Assembly (NCBI GenBank): GCA_964561545.1
Contig: CAZLQF010000005.1
Span: 51,928-115,927 of the forward strand
Reading direction: 5' to 3'
Source: an uncultured Sphingobacteriales bacterium
Lineage (GTDB): Bacteria; Bacteroidota; Bacteroidia; CAILMK01; CAYYUA01
Length of the DNA stretch: 64,000 bases
Made by a program: the position numbers and the translations under genes. Below, in pieces: positions 19,661-29,422 of this stretch; position 1 is the stretch's first letter; each line of letters starts with the position of its first letter. The notes beneath the pieces were generated by a model that saw only the letters and a list, made by a program, of their open reading frames with translations, was not told where the DNA came from and searched no databases.

Positions 19661-20641
19661 CTATGACCTGCTCACTTTTAAAGAATGATCATTTTTTCGA
19701 TGAAGGGCATTTTTAATAGTACTTTGAATGGCCAATGAATCCAAGCCGTATTTGTGGAGTAAATTTTTTGGTTTCCCACTTTCCCCGAACCTATCGTCTA
19801 CAGCGACCATTTCCATTAAGGTAGGCTGTTTTTTAGCAAACAGTTGGGCTACAGCATCTCCCAGTCCGCCATTCCTTTGGTGTTCCTCAGCCGTAACCAC
19901 TAAGCCTGTTTTAGCTGCTGAATCAAGGATTAATTCTTCATCCAAAGGTTTAATGGTATGAATGTTTATAATTTCACAGCTAATTCCTTCTTTTTCGAGT
20001 TCATAGGCTGCTTCAATGGATTCCCATACCAAATGACCGGTGGCAATAATTGAAACATCAGTACCCTCATTTAAGACAATGCCTTTACCGATTTCAAAAG
20101 ATGTGTCTTCGGGCAGAAAAACAGGTACTTTAGGCCTTCCAAATCTTAAATAAACAGGTCCGTAATATTCAGAAATTGCCAATGTAGCTGCCTTGGCCTG
20201 ATTGAAATCGCATGGATTAATGACCACCATATTAGGCAACATCCGGGTTAATCCAATGTCTTCCAAAATTTGGTGGGAAGCTCCATCTTCACCTAAAGTA
20301 ATACCAGCGTGGGAGGCGCAAATTTTTACATTTTTCCCTGAATAAGCTATTGATTGGCGAACCTGATCGAACACGCGCCCGGTTGCAAAATTGGCAAAAG
20401 TTCCTGCAAAAGGAATTTTACCCCCAATGGTGAGGCCAGCTGCAACTCCCATCATATTGGCTTCTGCCACACCACACTGAAAAAAACGTTCCGGGAAGTT
20501 GTTCATGAATTTGGTCATCTTGACCGAATTGGCAAGATCAGCTGATAAACCAACCACGTTCGGATTTTCACAGCCCAATTGATACAACCCCTCACCAAAA
20601 CCTTCTCTTGTAGCTTTTTGATCTCTTACCTCATACTCCAT
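19661..20641 (-). CDS. tkt: Transketolase, C-terminal (pyrimidine-binding and C) subunit
   Basis: TREGFG, GVAEANMMG, GEDGASHQ, GPVYLRFGR, EEHQRNGGLG, FGESG. Confidence 0.95.
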   Translation of the reverse strand: MEYEVRDQKATREGFGEGLYQLGCENPNVVGLSADLANSVKMTKFMNNFPERFFQCGVAEANMMGVAAGLTIGGKIPFAGTFANFATGRVFDQVRQSIAYSGKNVKICASHAGITLGEDGASHQILEDIGLTRMLPNMVVINPCDFNQAKAATLAISEYYGPVYLRFGRPKVPVFLPEDTSFEIGKGIVLNEGTDVSIIATGHLVWESIEAAYELEKEGISCEIINIHTIKPLDEELILDSAAKTGLVVTAEEHQRNGGLGDAVAQLFAKKQPTLMEMVAVDDRFGESGKPKNLLHKYGLDSLAIQSTIKNALHRKNDHSLKVSRS

Positions 20642-20645
20642 TGGA

Positions 20646-22022
20646 TTAGCGTAATTTAATTGTAGTAGTCCCCCCAGACTTTACTTTAAATTTTTTAACT
20701 TCCGTTTTATAAGCTCTTTGTTCGTTTTGACCCCTGTAAACCAACCTATATTTACCCGGTTGCAAAACAATAATTTCACGCCTTAAACGAGGGGTAATAT
20801 CACTTATCCATTTCATTTGATTGCCTTTGAAATGATAAATGCTTCCCAATTTATTCGATGATGTAGAAATGGATACCTGCCCAGGCCTTGGAATGTTAAG
20901 CGTTGTTGTTTCTTCAGGCTTAATTTTTACATCTTTAAACGTTTTTTTAGGTTGAGTCATGACTTCAACATCATAGGTACCTGTTAAGTAACGTTTGCTT
21001 GTATTAAAAGATTGATGATTGACGGTTTTACAACCTTTACTTGTTTTTACAACAGCCTTGAGCCTCCTATATTTCATATTTTTGTGGATATCTAACTCCA
21101 AGGTCCCTTGTGCTGCATCAATAGGTATTTCATTGTGTTGCCCCGTTTTAATTTCTACATTTCTTTTTATAACCTCAGGTGTGGTATGAACCTGAATATC
21201 GTAATTAGTAAAAGGGTCTATGTTCAGTGTATCAGGTACACCGAGGCTGTTCATCGTGTGGTAAAAGTTGTATTTTAGAAAGTCCCGCTCAGTATCATAA
21301 AAAGTCATGTTCACATCTGTCTCGGTAGCTTTTCCGCGATGGTCCAGAAGATTAACTTGAGTTGTGGTCTTGTTGGTTGCTTCCGAGATCACTCCAGTTA
21401 GTACCTGCTTAAATCCTTCTTGCGTAGATGCATTGTAATAGTTTCCCACACAATCAAATTGAGCTTTAAAATTTTTGTTAGTTCCAATACCAACTACAAA
21501 CGGTTTTAGTACCACGCCTCTTTTTTGAAGTGCTAATGAAACGGCACAAGGATCGCCTTCACATTCCTCTAAACCATCGGTGAGTAAAATGATAATATTC
21601 TTGATTTCTGGTTTTTTTACAGGAAAGTCCCTGGCTGCTTCTTGTAAAGAATAAGCAATAGGTGTTGTACCTTTGGGTTTTATGTCATTTAATGCTTCCT
21701 TAATCGTTTCTTTACTACCTTGTCGAAATTTTACTTCAAGCCTCGTATCTTTGCAATCTTGCCTTGAACGGTGTGTTGTATGCCCATATGCCCTTAGCCC
21801 AAATTCTACATTTTGCCTATTCTCAAGGCTATCGGCCATATCTATTAACAAATTTTTGGCTACGGAAATACGGGTATTGCCTTCCCACTTAGCAAGCATA
21901 CTTCCGGATGCATCCAATAGGAAAAGAATCCTTGTTTTAGTATACTCCTGAGCATTAGAGCTTAAGGGGGCGCAAAGCGAGAGTGCAGTAAGGCATATTG
22001 TAAATGTTATTAATTTTTTCAT
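20646..22022 (-). CDS. Exported von Willebrand factor A domain protein with C-terminal beta-sandwich repeats
   Basis: Signal peptide ending SNA-Q; MIDAS DASGSM, GTTP, LTDG; EECEGDPC; repeated G.Y/N.I.I.T.P units in the C-terminal half. ATG at 22022. Confidence 0.88.
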   Translation of the reverse strand: MKKLITFTICLTALSLCAPLSSNAQEYTKTRILFLLDASGSMLAKWEGNTRISVAKNLLIDMADSLENRQNVEFGLRAYGHTTHRSRQDCKDTRLEVKFRQGSKETIKEALNDIKPKGTTPIAYSLQEAARDFPVKKPEIKNIIILLTDGLEECEGDPCAVSLALQKRGVVLKPFVVGIGTNKNFKAQFDCVGNYYNASTQEGFKQVLTGVISEATNKTTTQVNLLDHRGKATETDVNMTFYDTERDFLKYNFYHTMNSLGVPDTLNIDPFTNYDIQVHTTPEVIKRNVEIKTGQHNEIPIDAAQGTLELDIHKNMKYRRLKAVVKTSKGCKTVNHQSFNTSKRYLTGTYDVEVMTQPKKTFKDVKIKPEETTTLNIPRPGQVSISTSSNKLGSIYHFKGNQMKWISDITPRLRREIIVLQPGKYRLVYRGQNEQRAYKTEVKKFKVKSGGTTTIKLR

Positions 22023-22028
22023 AGCCAA

Positions 22029-22874
22029 TTAATAATCTCCAAGTGTCTCTTCCAATTGACCCAAAGCCTTTTCCAGCTGTTCATCATTGGGTGGTACGCC
22101 ATGCCACTGGTAATCATCTTCCATAAAATCTACCCCAGAACCCATTTTGGTATTCATAACTATTGCAATAGGTTTATCCTGGCCGGTCAAATCAACTGCT
22201 TGCTCCAGTGTATTGACAACTTCTTCCATATGGTTTCCATCCATAGCCATAACTTCCCAACCGAAACTTTCCATTTTAGCACCAAGGTTGCCAAGATTCA
22301 TAACCTCTTTTGTTGGTCCGTCTATTTGGGCATTATTAAAATCAACGGTCATGATTAGGTTGTCTACTTTATGGTTGGCAGCAAACATAAGGGCTTCCCA
22401 GTTTTGGCCTTCCTGCATCTCACCATCTCCATGTAAAGTATAAACCAGGTGGTTGTCTTTGTTCAATTTTTTGGACAAAGCAGCACCAATGCCCACGCTT
22501 AAACCTTGTCCTAAAGAACCAGTAGCAATCCGCACACCGGGCAAACCTTCAGCAGTAGCAGGATGCCCTTGTAGTCGCGAATCAATCTTACGAAAAGTAT
22601 AGAGTTCCTGAGGATCAAAATAGCCTTGTCTTGCTAAAATGCTGTAAAATACGGGAGAAATATGACCATTGGAGAGAAAAAACAAGTCTTCATTAAATCC
22701 GTCTATATTGAAGTGCTCAGGATTATGGTTGAGAAATTTATAGAACAAAGCGATCATGAATTCAGAGCACCCCAAAGAACCACCGGGATGGCCTGATTTG
22801 GCATCATGGGTCATGCGTACAATATCCCTTTTTACTTGGGATGCGATATCATTTAATTTGTTAAGATCTTTCAC
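22029..22874 (-). CDS. tkt: Transketolase, N-terminal (TPP-binding) subunit
   Basis: SGHPGGSLG, LSNGH, LQGHP, TGSLGQG, GDGEMQEGQNWEA, WHG. GTG start. Confidence 0.95.
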   Translation of the reverse strand: MKDLNKLNDIASQVKRDIVRMTHDAKSGHPGGSLGCSEFMIALFYKFLNHNPEHFNIDGFNEDLFFLSNGHISPVFYSILARQGYFDPQELYTFRKIDSRLQGHPATAEGLPGVRIATGSLGQGLSVGIGAALSKKLNKDNHLVYTLHGDGEMQEGQNWEALMFAANHKVDNLIMTVDFNNAQIDGPTKEVMNLGNLGAKMESFGWEVMAMDGNHMEEVVNTLEQAVDLTGQDKPIAIVMNTKMGSGVDFMEDDYQWHGVPPNDEQLEKALGQLEETLGDY

Positions 22875-22896
22875 TTACCAATCCATTTTTCTGTTT

Positions 22897-22904
22897 CAAA
22901 GCTA
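22897..22904 (-). promoter_or_regulatory. Bacteroidota -7 element for the transketolase operon
   Basis: CAAAGCTA reads TAGCTTTG on the minus strand, 22 nt upstream of the start. Confidence 0.55.
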
Positions 22905-23109
22905 CAACTTTTAACTTTTACAATAAAAGGCTACAATTTCTACAACATGTTGAAAAAGTAATTAAATCCACATCAATCCTAATCTTTTAGGATTTCAAGA
23001 TTAAAGATAGCTGTTTATTAAAGAATAATGGGAACTATTCAAACAGTATAATCGGTGATTGACCCTATAAATATAACAATATGAACTGGTTCCAGATTGC
23101 AGAATACGC

Positions 23110-23673
23110 TTAAACCTTCATAAGCTCCTGTTCTTTTTGATCAAGGGTTTCCTCTACTTTTTGGATGCTTTTATCTGTTAAATTCTGTATTTCTTCCTCT
23201 GATTTTTTGGCATCGTCCTCAGACAGCCCTTCTTTTTGAAGTTTTTTAACCTTATCTTTAGCGTCCTGCCGGATATTACGAACCGATATTTTACTGTTTT
23301 CCCCTTCTTGTTTGATGTGTTTTACCATTGCTTTTCTTCTTTCCTCAGTTAATGTAGGAACATTGATGTGAATAATTTCCCCGTCATTTTGAGGATTTAA
23401 GCCTATGTTTGCTCTTTGTATGGCTTTTTCAATGGGTTCTATCATGCTTTTTTCCCAGGGTTTGATAATAATGGTTTTAGCATCTGGGGTATTAATGGTA
23501 GCTAATTGGTTCAATGGCGTATTCATGCCATAATATTCTACATAGATGCCATCTAACATTTGGGGCTTTGCTTTGCCCGCATGGATTTTACCAAGTTCAT
23601 CATTCAAATGTTGAACAGCCTTTTTCATTGAACTTGAAGCTTCGTTAATAATTTGATCAATGTCTTCTGCCAT
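23110..23673 (-). CDS. frr: Ribosome recycling factor
   Basis: IHAGKA, YYG...PLNQLATI, IEKAI..ANIGLNPQNDG, LTEERR, VRNIRQDA. Confidence 0.97.
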   Translation of the reverse strand: MAEDIDQIINEASSSMKKAVQHLNDELGKIHAGKAKPQMLDGIYVEYYGMNTPLNQLATINTPDAKTIIIKPWEKSMIEPIEKAIQRANIGLNPQNDGEIIHINVPTLTEERRKAMVKHIKQEGENSKISVRNIRQDAKDKVKKLQKEGLSEDDAKKSEEEIQNLTDKSIQKVEETLDQKEQELMKV

Positions 23674-23685
23674 GGTTCTAACTTT

Positions 23686-24258
23686 TTAAATAGTTCGTTT
23701 GATAGGATCCTTTTTATGTTTCAATCGATTGTATATACGCGTTATTTTTTTGTTTGTTCTTTTGTAAATCTTTTCAGTATGGGCTATTTTACCAATTAGC
23801 TTTTTGACTTTCGCCAAATGACTGTTAATTGTTTTCTGCTCCTTTTTAAATGTACTGTCAAATTTAGGTTGCTTTATTTCAGCATTAACAAGTTGCTTTT
23901 TTAATTTTTTGATCCTTTTTTTATGACGCTCATTTTCGTATTTAAGCAGCTTGTAGTTTTTAACAAAACCCTGGTAATTCTCGGCCAAACCTTTGTATGT
24001 TGTTAATAAACTTTTAAGTTGCTTATCTAAAGGCTTAGTATGGTTTTCTTCTATGTACCTTTGCTTGATCTTAATGCTATCGTAGCGTTTTTCAATGGTA
24101 TTAACATCAATAACAAAAGAATTTTCAGCTTTCTCAATTTTGTGCAGTAAGGTGTCAACTTTTCTCAATGCCTTACTTTTTTGATAAGGCTGACATCCTT
24201 GACTCGAAATTATGACAATAAAGTTGAATAGAAGCAGCCAAATTATATTTGCACGCAT
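23686..24258 (-). CDS. Hypothetical Lys-rich helical lipoprotein
   Basis: Hydrophobic N-terminus with lipobox-like SQG-C; coiled-coil heptad pattern; no family recognised. Confidence 0.7.
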   Translation of the reverse strand: MRANIIWLLLFNFIVIISSQGCQPYQKSKALRKVDTLLHKIEKAENSFVIDVNTIEKRYDSIKIKQRYIEENHTKPLDKQLKSLLTTYKGLAENYQGFVKNYKLLKYENERHKKRIKKLKKQLVNAEIKQPKFDSTFKKEQKTINSHLAKVKKLIGKIAHTEKIYKRTNKKITRIYNRLKHKKDPIKRTI

Positions 24259-24356
24259 GTTAAAATTTTTAGCTGATAAATTGGAGAAAGGTTAGCCTGT
24301 GCAAAGAAAATTTTTAAATTGGTAACTGGCAAAACTACTAAAAATATGCCACCTTC

Positions 24357-25526
24357 ATGTTCCTAAGACACCTGGAGTTCCTGAAACATATCCTGGTGAT
24401 CTCCTTAACAGCCTTTGGAGGCCCCCAAGCTCATTTGGCGATGATATTGAATACTTTGGTTCACAAAAAGCAATACGTTAAAGAGCAGGATCTTATTGAA
24501 CTAATTGCCCTTTGCCAAATTCTGCCGGGTCCTTCTTCTACGCAAATCATTACTGCGATCGGTCTAAGAAAGGGAGGTACACTGTTGGCCTTTGTCACGC
24601 TTTTAGTATGGATGCTGCCAGCAGTTGTCATCATGACCCTTGTCGTGTTGTTTTTTTCTTACATAAGCCAGGAAGGGTTGTCAACTGATTTTATTCGGTT
24701 TTTAAAACCCATGGCAGTTGGGTTCGTTTTATTTGCGGCATTCAAAATCTCCCGGACCATCATAAAGACCAAAACCCAAATGTTCATCATAACTGCAACC
24801 ACCTTGATCACGATATTCATCCGTTCTCCCTGGATTTATCCCATTGCTTTGGTGGTTGGTGGGCTTATTACCAATTTTACGGTAAAAGACAAGAAAGCTG
24901 AACCCAAAAAACCCATGGATATTCGCTGGAAGTACCTAACCATATTCTTCTCCATTCTTATCGTAGCTGCTATTTTAGGGGCCATTACTCAAGCAAAATC
25001 TGTTTTACTTTTTGAAAACACCTATCGCTATGGTAGTATCATTTTTGGGGGCGGCCAGGTGCTTATACCCATGATGTATGAACAATTTGTACTTTACAAA
25101 AACTACCTAACATCACAGGAATTTCTTGCTGGATATGGCATAGTGCAAGCATTGCCAGGCCCTGTTTTTTCATTTTCCACTTATGTGGGTGGTATGTCTA
25201 TTAAGAACTTGGGCACTTTCGGCCATATCCTTGGAAGCCTTATCGGAACTGTAGGGATATTTTTACCAGGTACCTTACTGATATTTTTTGTAGCGCCTAT
25301 TTGGGAAAGCCTAAAGAAATATGCTTTCATTAAAAAATCACTTGAGGGCATTAATGCCGCTGCTGCCGGAATGGTGGCTGCTGCGGCTTACATCTTATTT
25401 GATTCCATTGGATTTGACCTGATTAATATTTTAGTGATAGGTGTAACATTTTTGGTTTTGATGTTTACAAGAGTTCCTTCCCCTGTGATTGTCTTCTTGT
25501 TTCTAATTCTGGGATTGATATTTTAA
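24357..25526 (+). CDS. chrA: Chromate efflux transporter, long-chain CHR
   Basis: FGGPQAH, CQILPGPSS, second half FGGGQV and QALPGP; two homologous halves. Confidence 0.92.
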   Translation: MFLRHLEFLKHILVISLTAFGGPQAHLAMILNTLVHKKQYVKEQDLIELIALCQILPGPSSTQIITAIGLRKGGTLLAFVTLLVWMLPAVVIMTLVVLFFSYISQEGLSTDFIRFLKPMAVGFVLFAAFKISRTIIKTKTQMFIITATTLITIFIRSPWIYPIALVVGGLITNFTVKDKKAEPKKPMDIRWKYLTIFFSILIVAAILGAITQAKSVLLFENTYRYGSIIFGGGQVLIPMMYEQFVLYKNYLTSQEFLAGYGIVQALPGPVFSFSTYVGGMSIKNLGTFGHILGSLIGTVGIFLPGTLLIFFVAPIWESLKKYAFIKKSLEGINAAAAGMVAAAAYILFDSIGFDLINILVIGVTFLVLMFTRVPSPVIVFLFLILGLIF

Positions 25527-25564
25527 TAAATTTGAGGGTTTAAACTACAATAAAATAAGTACCA

Positions 25565-26245
25565 TTGAATCAATTGAAAAGAATCGTCCTGTTCTTTTGC
25601 TTGATCTTACCATTTATTATTCAAGCCCAGGATGAAGCCATAGCGGATGAACAACTGATCCAATTTTCCGGTGTCATTGTAACGGCTGATAGCTTGAAGC
25701 CCATTTCATTTGCCAATGTTAAAGTTATTAACACCAGCCGTGGCACCGTAGCAGATGATGAAGGATTTTTCTCCATGGTAATAACCAGGGGTGATACGGT
25801 CCAGTTTTCATCTGTAGGTTTTAAAGATGCCCGGTTTATAATCCCTAAGGATTACCAGAATAAGAAATTAAAAACCATCCAACCTTTGATAAGAGATACC
25901 ATAACCCGTAAAGAGACGGTAGTTTATCCTTGGCCATCGAAAGCGCAATTTAAAAAAGCCTTTGTTAACCTTGAATTGTCAGATGATGATTATCAAATGG
26001 CGATGAAAAATCTTGCGCAAGAGAAACTTGACCGAATATCAGCAAATATGAAAAAGGATGGTAGAGAAAAATTTAATCAATTTGTCCAGAACCAGGTTAA
26101 ACAAGGTTATTATGCAGGTGGCCAAAGACCACATTATACCTTACCTGGCGGTAATACGCCTATACCGGGAAGTTTGTTAAACCCATTCGCTTGGTCCAAA
26201 TTCATTCAGGCACTTCAGGAAGGTAGCTTATTTAATAATGATTAA
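25565..26245 (+). CDS. Carboxypeptidase-like regulatory domain protein
   Basis: Signal peptide ending IQA-Q; QFSGVIV..DSLKPISFANV...GTVADDEGFFS...FSSVGFK. TTG start. Confidence 0.78.
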   Translation: MNQLKRIVLFFCLILPFIIQAQDEAIADEQLIQFSGVIVTADSLKPISFANVKVINTSRGTVADDEGFFSMVITRGDTVQFSSVGFKDARFIIPKDYQNKKLKTIQPLIRDTITRKETVVYPWPSKAQFKKAFVNLELSDDDYQMAMKNLAQEKLDRISANMKKDGREKFNQFVQNQVKQGYYAGGQRPHYTLPGGNTPIPGSLLNPFAWSKFIQALQEGSLFNND

Positions 26246-26445
26246 ACAGATTAATTTCAAAACATAGAACCTTTAGTCAATAGAATGATCAATCAAGGAG
26301 CGGCGTAGTTATATAAATTTTAAATCAATCACAAATTGATAAGCTTGGTGAAAGTCACTAAAAATTTGCAGTCATTAAGTTGCTCATTTATCTCAGTTAG
26401 CGGTGGATAAAAAGCTTTTTATTTGACTCATGTTTGGTACCCTCT

Positions 26446-27795
26446 ATGGTTTACGTTATCGTTAAGCAAACAAACCCCCGCATTCATTACATCATTGGAG
26501 TTTTATTGAAGCATTTCTGGGGAATTGCTTACGAAATCATTGAAGAATCCAAGATTGATGAAACCGGTTTCCATGACGACCTGATCATTAACTACACCAA
26601 TGCGTCTGTTTCCGGTAATAATGTTATAAACATACCTAATGAAGGTTTATTAGAAAATACTGGTGTTAATTTTAAGGAGCCTAAAATCCAATGGAATAAA
26701 ACTCCTCAAATTTTTTGGTCGGAAGAGCTCGATTTCACGAACTATGATCTATCCTACGACATGTTTTCAGCGTCATTCTATTTGTTGTCAGGTTACCGCT
26801 ACTACCAGGAGTTCCCTTTAGATAAACACGGGCGCTACGATGAGGCAAAAGACCTTTTTATAGAACAAGGTTTACATCAATATCCCTTGGTAGATTTGTA
26901 TGCTTTTCAACTAAGAGATTTGCTATGCCAAGTATACCCAAACCTTCCCTTAAGCGAACCGAAGTATGACTTTGAATTTACGATAGATATCGATCAACCA
27001 TGGGCATTTAAGCAAAAAGGGGCTATGGTTAACCTTGCCGGTGGTATCCGTGATATGGTGTTTAAAGAACAAGAACAGTTCCGGGCGAGGATCAAAACTT
27101 TAGCAAGGAAGATACAAGATCCAATGGATTCGTTTGCGTTACTTAGGGAAAAACTTCCTACCGATAAAACCAAGTTTTTTTGCTTAGTGGACAACAATGG
27201 CCCTGAAGATGCCCGTATTAACCTCAAAAACGAAAGGTACCAGCAACTTGTAAAAAAACTTCACCAAGAAGGGTTCCAAGTTGGAATTCATCCATCTTAC
27301 AGTGCATTTAATGATGGTGAAAAGCTACAATCTGAAAAACAATACCTCGAGTCCATTCTTGAAGAAAAGGTATATTTTTCACGGCAACATTTTTTAAGAC
27401 TTAGGTTGCCCAAAACTTATGAGATATTATTAAATAGTGGAATCAAACGAGATTATTCGGCTTGTTTTTATTCAAGTTATGGTTTTAAGTATGGTATAGC
27501 AAGGCCATTTTACTGGTACAATTTAGCCAAAGAAGAAACAACTAATTTAATTGTCCATCCTACTATGGTCATGGACCGTGCTTTACAACAGCACCTACAA
27601 ATTGAGCCGGAAAAATCGTTTTATTTAATTACTGAATTTATAGAACAAATAAAACTGATTAGGGGACAATTTGTAATATTGCTGCACAATGAGTCCTTAA
27701 GCGATTACAAAGAATGGAAGGGTTGGCAAAATACCTTGATAGAGCTTATTGACTATATGAAGAAAGGAACCGCTAATGCTGGCAAAACTCCTTAA
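26446..27795 (+). CDS. Polysaccharide deacetylase (NodB-like) family protein with N-terminal accessory domain
   Basis: FTIDIDQP, VGIHPSY, SRQHFLRL, ILLHNESL metal and catalytic motifs; P.VDLY. ATG at 26446. Confidence 0.8.
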   Translation: MVYVIVKQTNPRIHYIIGVLLKHFWGIAYEIIEESKIDETGFHDDLIINYTNASVSGNNVINIPNEGLLENTGVNFKEPKIQWNKTPQIFWSEELDFTNYDLSYDMFSASFYLLSGYRYYQEFPLDKHGRYDEAKDLFIEQGLHQYPLVDLYAFQLRDLLCQVYPNLPLSEPKYDFEFTIDIDQPWAFKQKGAMVNLAGGIRDMVFKEQEQFRARIKTLARKIQDPMDSFALLREKLPTDKTKFFCLVDNNGPEDARINLKNERYQQLVKKLHQEGFQVGIHPSYSAFNDGEKLQSEKQYLESILEEKVYFSRQHFLRLRLPKTYEILLNSGIKRDYSACFYSSYGFKYGIARPFYWYNLAKEETTNLIVHPTMVMDRALQQHLQIEPEKSFYLITEFIEQIKLIRGQFVILLHNESLSDYKEWKGWQNTLIELIDYMKKGTANAGKTP

Positions 27796-28732
27796 CAATC
27801 AGTCAATCGATAAGAATGAATGGGATGCATTTGTCCACCAATCTTTAGAGGGCGATTTTTATGCTTTGAGTGGTTTTTTGGATGTGGTCAAATCTGGATG
27901 GAATGCTTTAATGGTAACCCACCAGGACCAAACGGAAGGCATTATGCCTTTGCCGCTTGACCAAAGGCTTTTTTGGAAACGATGCATCCAGCCTTTAGCC
28001 TGCCGGCATACAGGTATTTTGTTTGCCAATAAGGATTTCGAAAAAGATTATCAAGTCTACAGTTTTAAAAATAAGGTGGCTAAACATATTGTAGACCATA
28101 TGCCCTCCATCAATCATTTTGTAGTTCATTTTTCGCCTTACTTTGATTATCCTTTCCCCTTCTATTGGAATGGTTACCACTTAAACACCCGCTATACTTA
28201 TTGGCTGGATTTAACCAAACCCGTGGATCAATTGAATTATGGGATGCGTAAAGAAAACCGTAAACGCATCCGTCAGCTGGAGGAAGCTGGTTACACTTTT
28301 GCGAGTGAAACCTCAGTCAAAGAAATGGTTGGGTTAACAAGCAACTTGCTTAAAAAGCACAAAAATGTGGTGAATCAACGCCAGGTCAATATTTTAAGGC
28401 ACGTGGCAAACTTTCTGGTTGATGAAGGCTTGGGAAAAATTCATGCTATTAAGGATTCAAAGGGAAAAGTAATAAGTGCCGGATTGGTGGTTTATTATAA
28501 AAACAAAGCAACCTTATTAATGAGCGGGAGAAGTGGTAAAAATGATCCGCAAGGTATAATGACCATGATGGTTTGGGAAATGATCAAACATGCCAGTCAT
28601 TTTGTCGACAACTTTGACTTTGCAGGTTCTATGCTCCCCGGTATTGAGCCTTTTAACAGGGGGTTTGGAGCAAAACCAATTAGCTATCTTGAAATAAAGA
28701 AAATAAATTACATTTGTTCCCTGTATGGATAA
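27776..28732 (+). CDS. FemAB-like/GNAT acyltransferase
   Basis: WDAFV, YALSGFLD, RYTYWLDL, RKENRKRI, WEMIKHA, FDFAGSMLPGIEPFNRGFGA. Confidence 0.82.
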   Translation: MLAKLLNNQSIDKNEWDAFVHQSLEGDFYALSGFLDVVKSGWNALMVTHQDQTEGIMPLPLDQRLFWKRCIQPLACRHTGILFANKDFEKDYQVYSFKNKVAKHIVDHMPSINHFVVHFSPYFDYPFPFYWNGYHLNTRYTYWLDLTKPVDQLNYGMRKENRKRIRQLEEAGYTFASETSVKEMVGLTSNLLKKHKNVVNQRQVNILRHVANFLVDEGLGKIHAIKDSKGKVISAGLVVYYKNKATLLMSGRSGKNDPQGIMTMMVWEMIKHASHFVDNFDFAGSMLPGIEPFNRGFGAKPISYLEIKKINYICSLYG

Positions 28733-29375
28733 CGTTAATGTGTTAACTCATAACAGCACTTATTTGAATCAAATAATTGCTGAATTACGAGATGAAGCAA
28801 TTCAAAAAGACCGGTTGCGTTTTAGGACCAACTTAGAAAAAGCAGGTGAAATCCTCGCTTATGAAATTAGTAAGGATTTTAATTACCTAAATGAGACGGT
28901 TTACACGCCTTTAGGAACTGATAAAATGGCTTTGCCACAAGACAAGCCTATATTGTGTTCTATATTAAGGGCTGCGATTCCTTTTCACAATGGGTTTCTT
29001 AGAATGCTGGATCAGGCAGATAATGGATTTATCTCTGCTTATCGCCATCATACAGCTGAAAATGAATTTGAGATCAAACTTGAATATTTAGCAGCTCCGA
29101 ACTTAGAGGGCAAACCCCTAATCTTGGTTGATCCGATGATCGCTACGGGTAGGAGCATTGTAATTAGCCATGAAGCTTTGGTTAAGGAATGTGGAACACC
29201 ATCTCAAACGTTCATTGCGGGAGTCATAGCCAGTGAAGAAGGCATTGAGCATGTTAAACGAAATATTAGAAATTGCAATATATACTTAGGTGCTATGGAT
29301 CGAGAGCTCACCGCCAAATCCTACATTGTACCAGGTCTTGGTGATGCAGGAGACTTGGCATTTGGGAACAAATAA
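28725..29375 (+). CDS. upp: Uracil phosphoribosyltransferase
   Basis: RLRFRTNL, SILRAAIPFHNG, PRPP loop LVDPMIATG, YIVPGLGDAGDLAFG. Confidence 0.96.
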   Translation: MDNVNVLTHNSTYLNQIIAELRDEAIQKDRLRFRTNLEKAGEILAYEISKDFNYLNETVYTPLGTDKMALPQDKPILCSILRAAIPFHNGFLRMLDQADNGFISAYRHHTAENEFEIKLEYLAAPNLEGKPLILVDPMIATGRSIVISHEALVKECGTPSQTFIAGVIASEEGIEHVKRNIRNCNIYLGAMDRELTAKSYIVPGLGDAGDLAFGNK

Positions 29376-29422
29376 TCAAAAAAAACCCTTTTTAAGAATA
29401 GACTTTAGGTAGTATTCTTTTA

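Noticed and set aside
11073-22874. Calvin-cycle cluster (fbp, aldolase, transketolase)
   Set aside because: No RuBisCO or phosphoribulokinase in the window; the enzymes are ordinary gluconeogenic and pentose-phosphate types in separate transcription units.
24357-25526. chrA as a sign of an acquired metal-resistance island
   Set aside because: No chrB, regulator, other metal genes or mobility genes nearby, and composition resembles the flanking core genes.
13114-26360. Similar motifs CTTGATAAAGTCACCAAG (13114) and CTTGGTGAAAGTCACTAA (26344) as a REP-like repeat family
   Set aside because: Only two divergent copies needing gaps and mismatches; insufficient without a genome-wide search.
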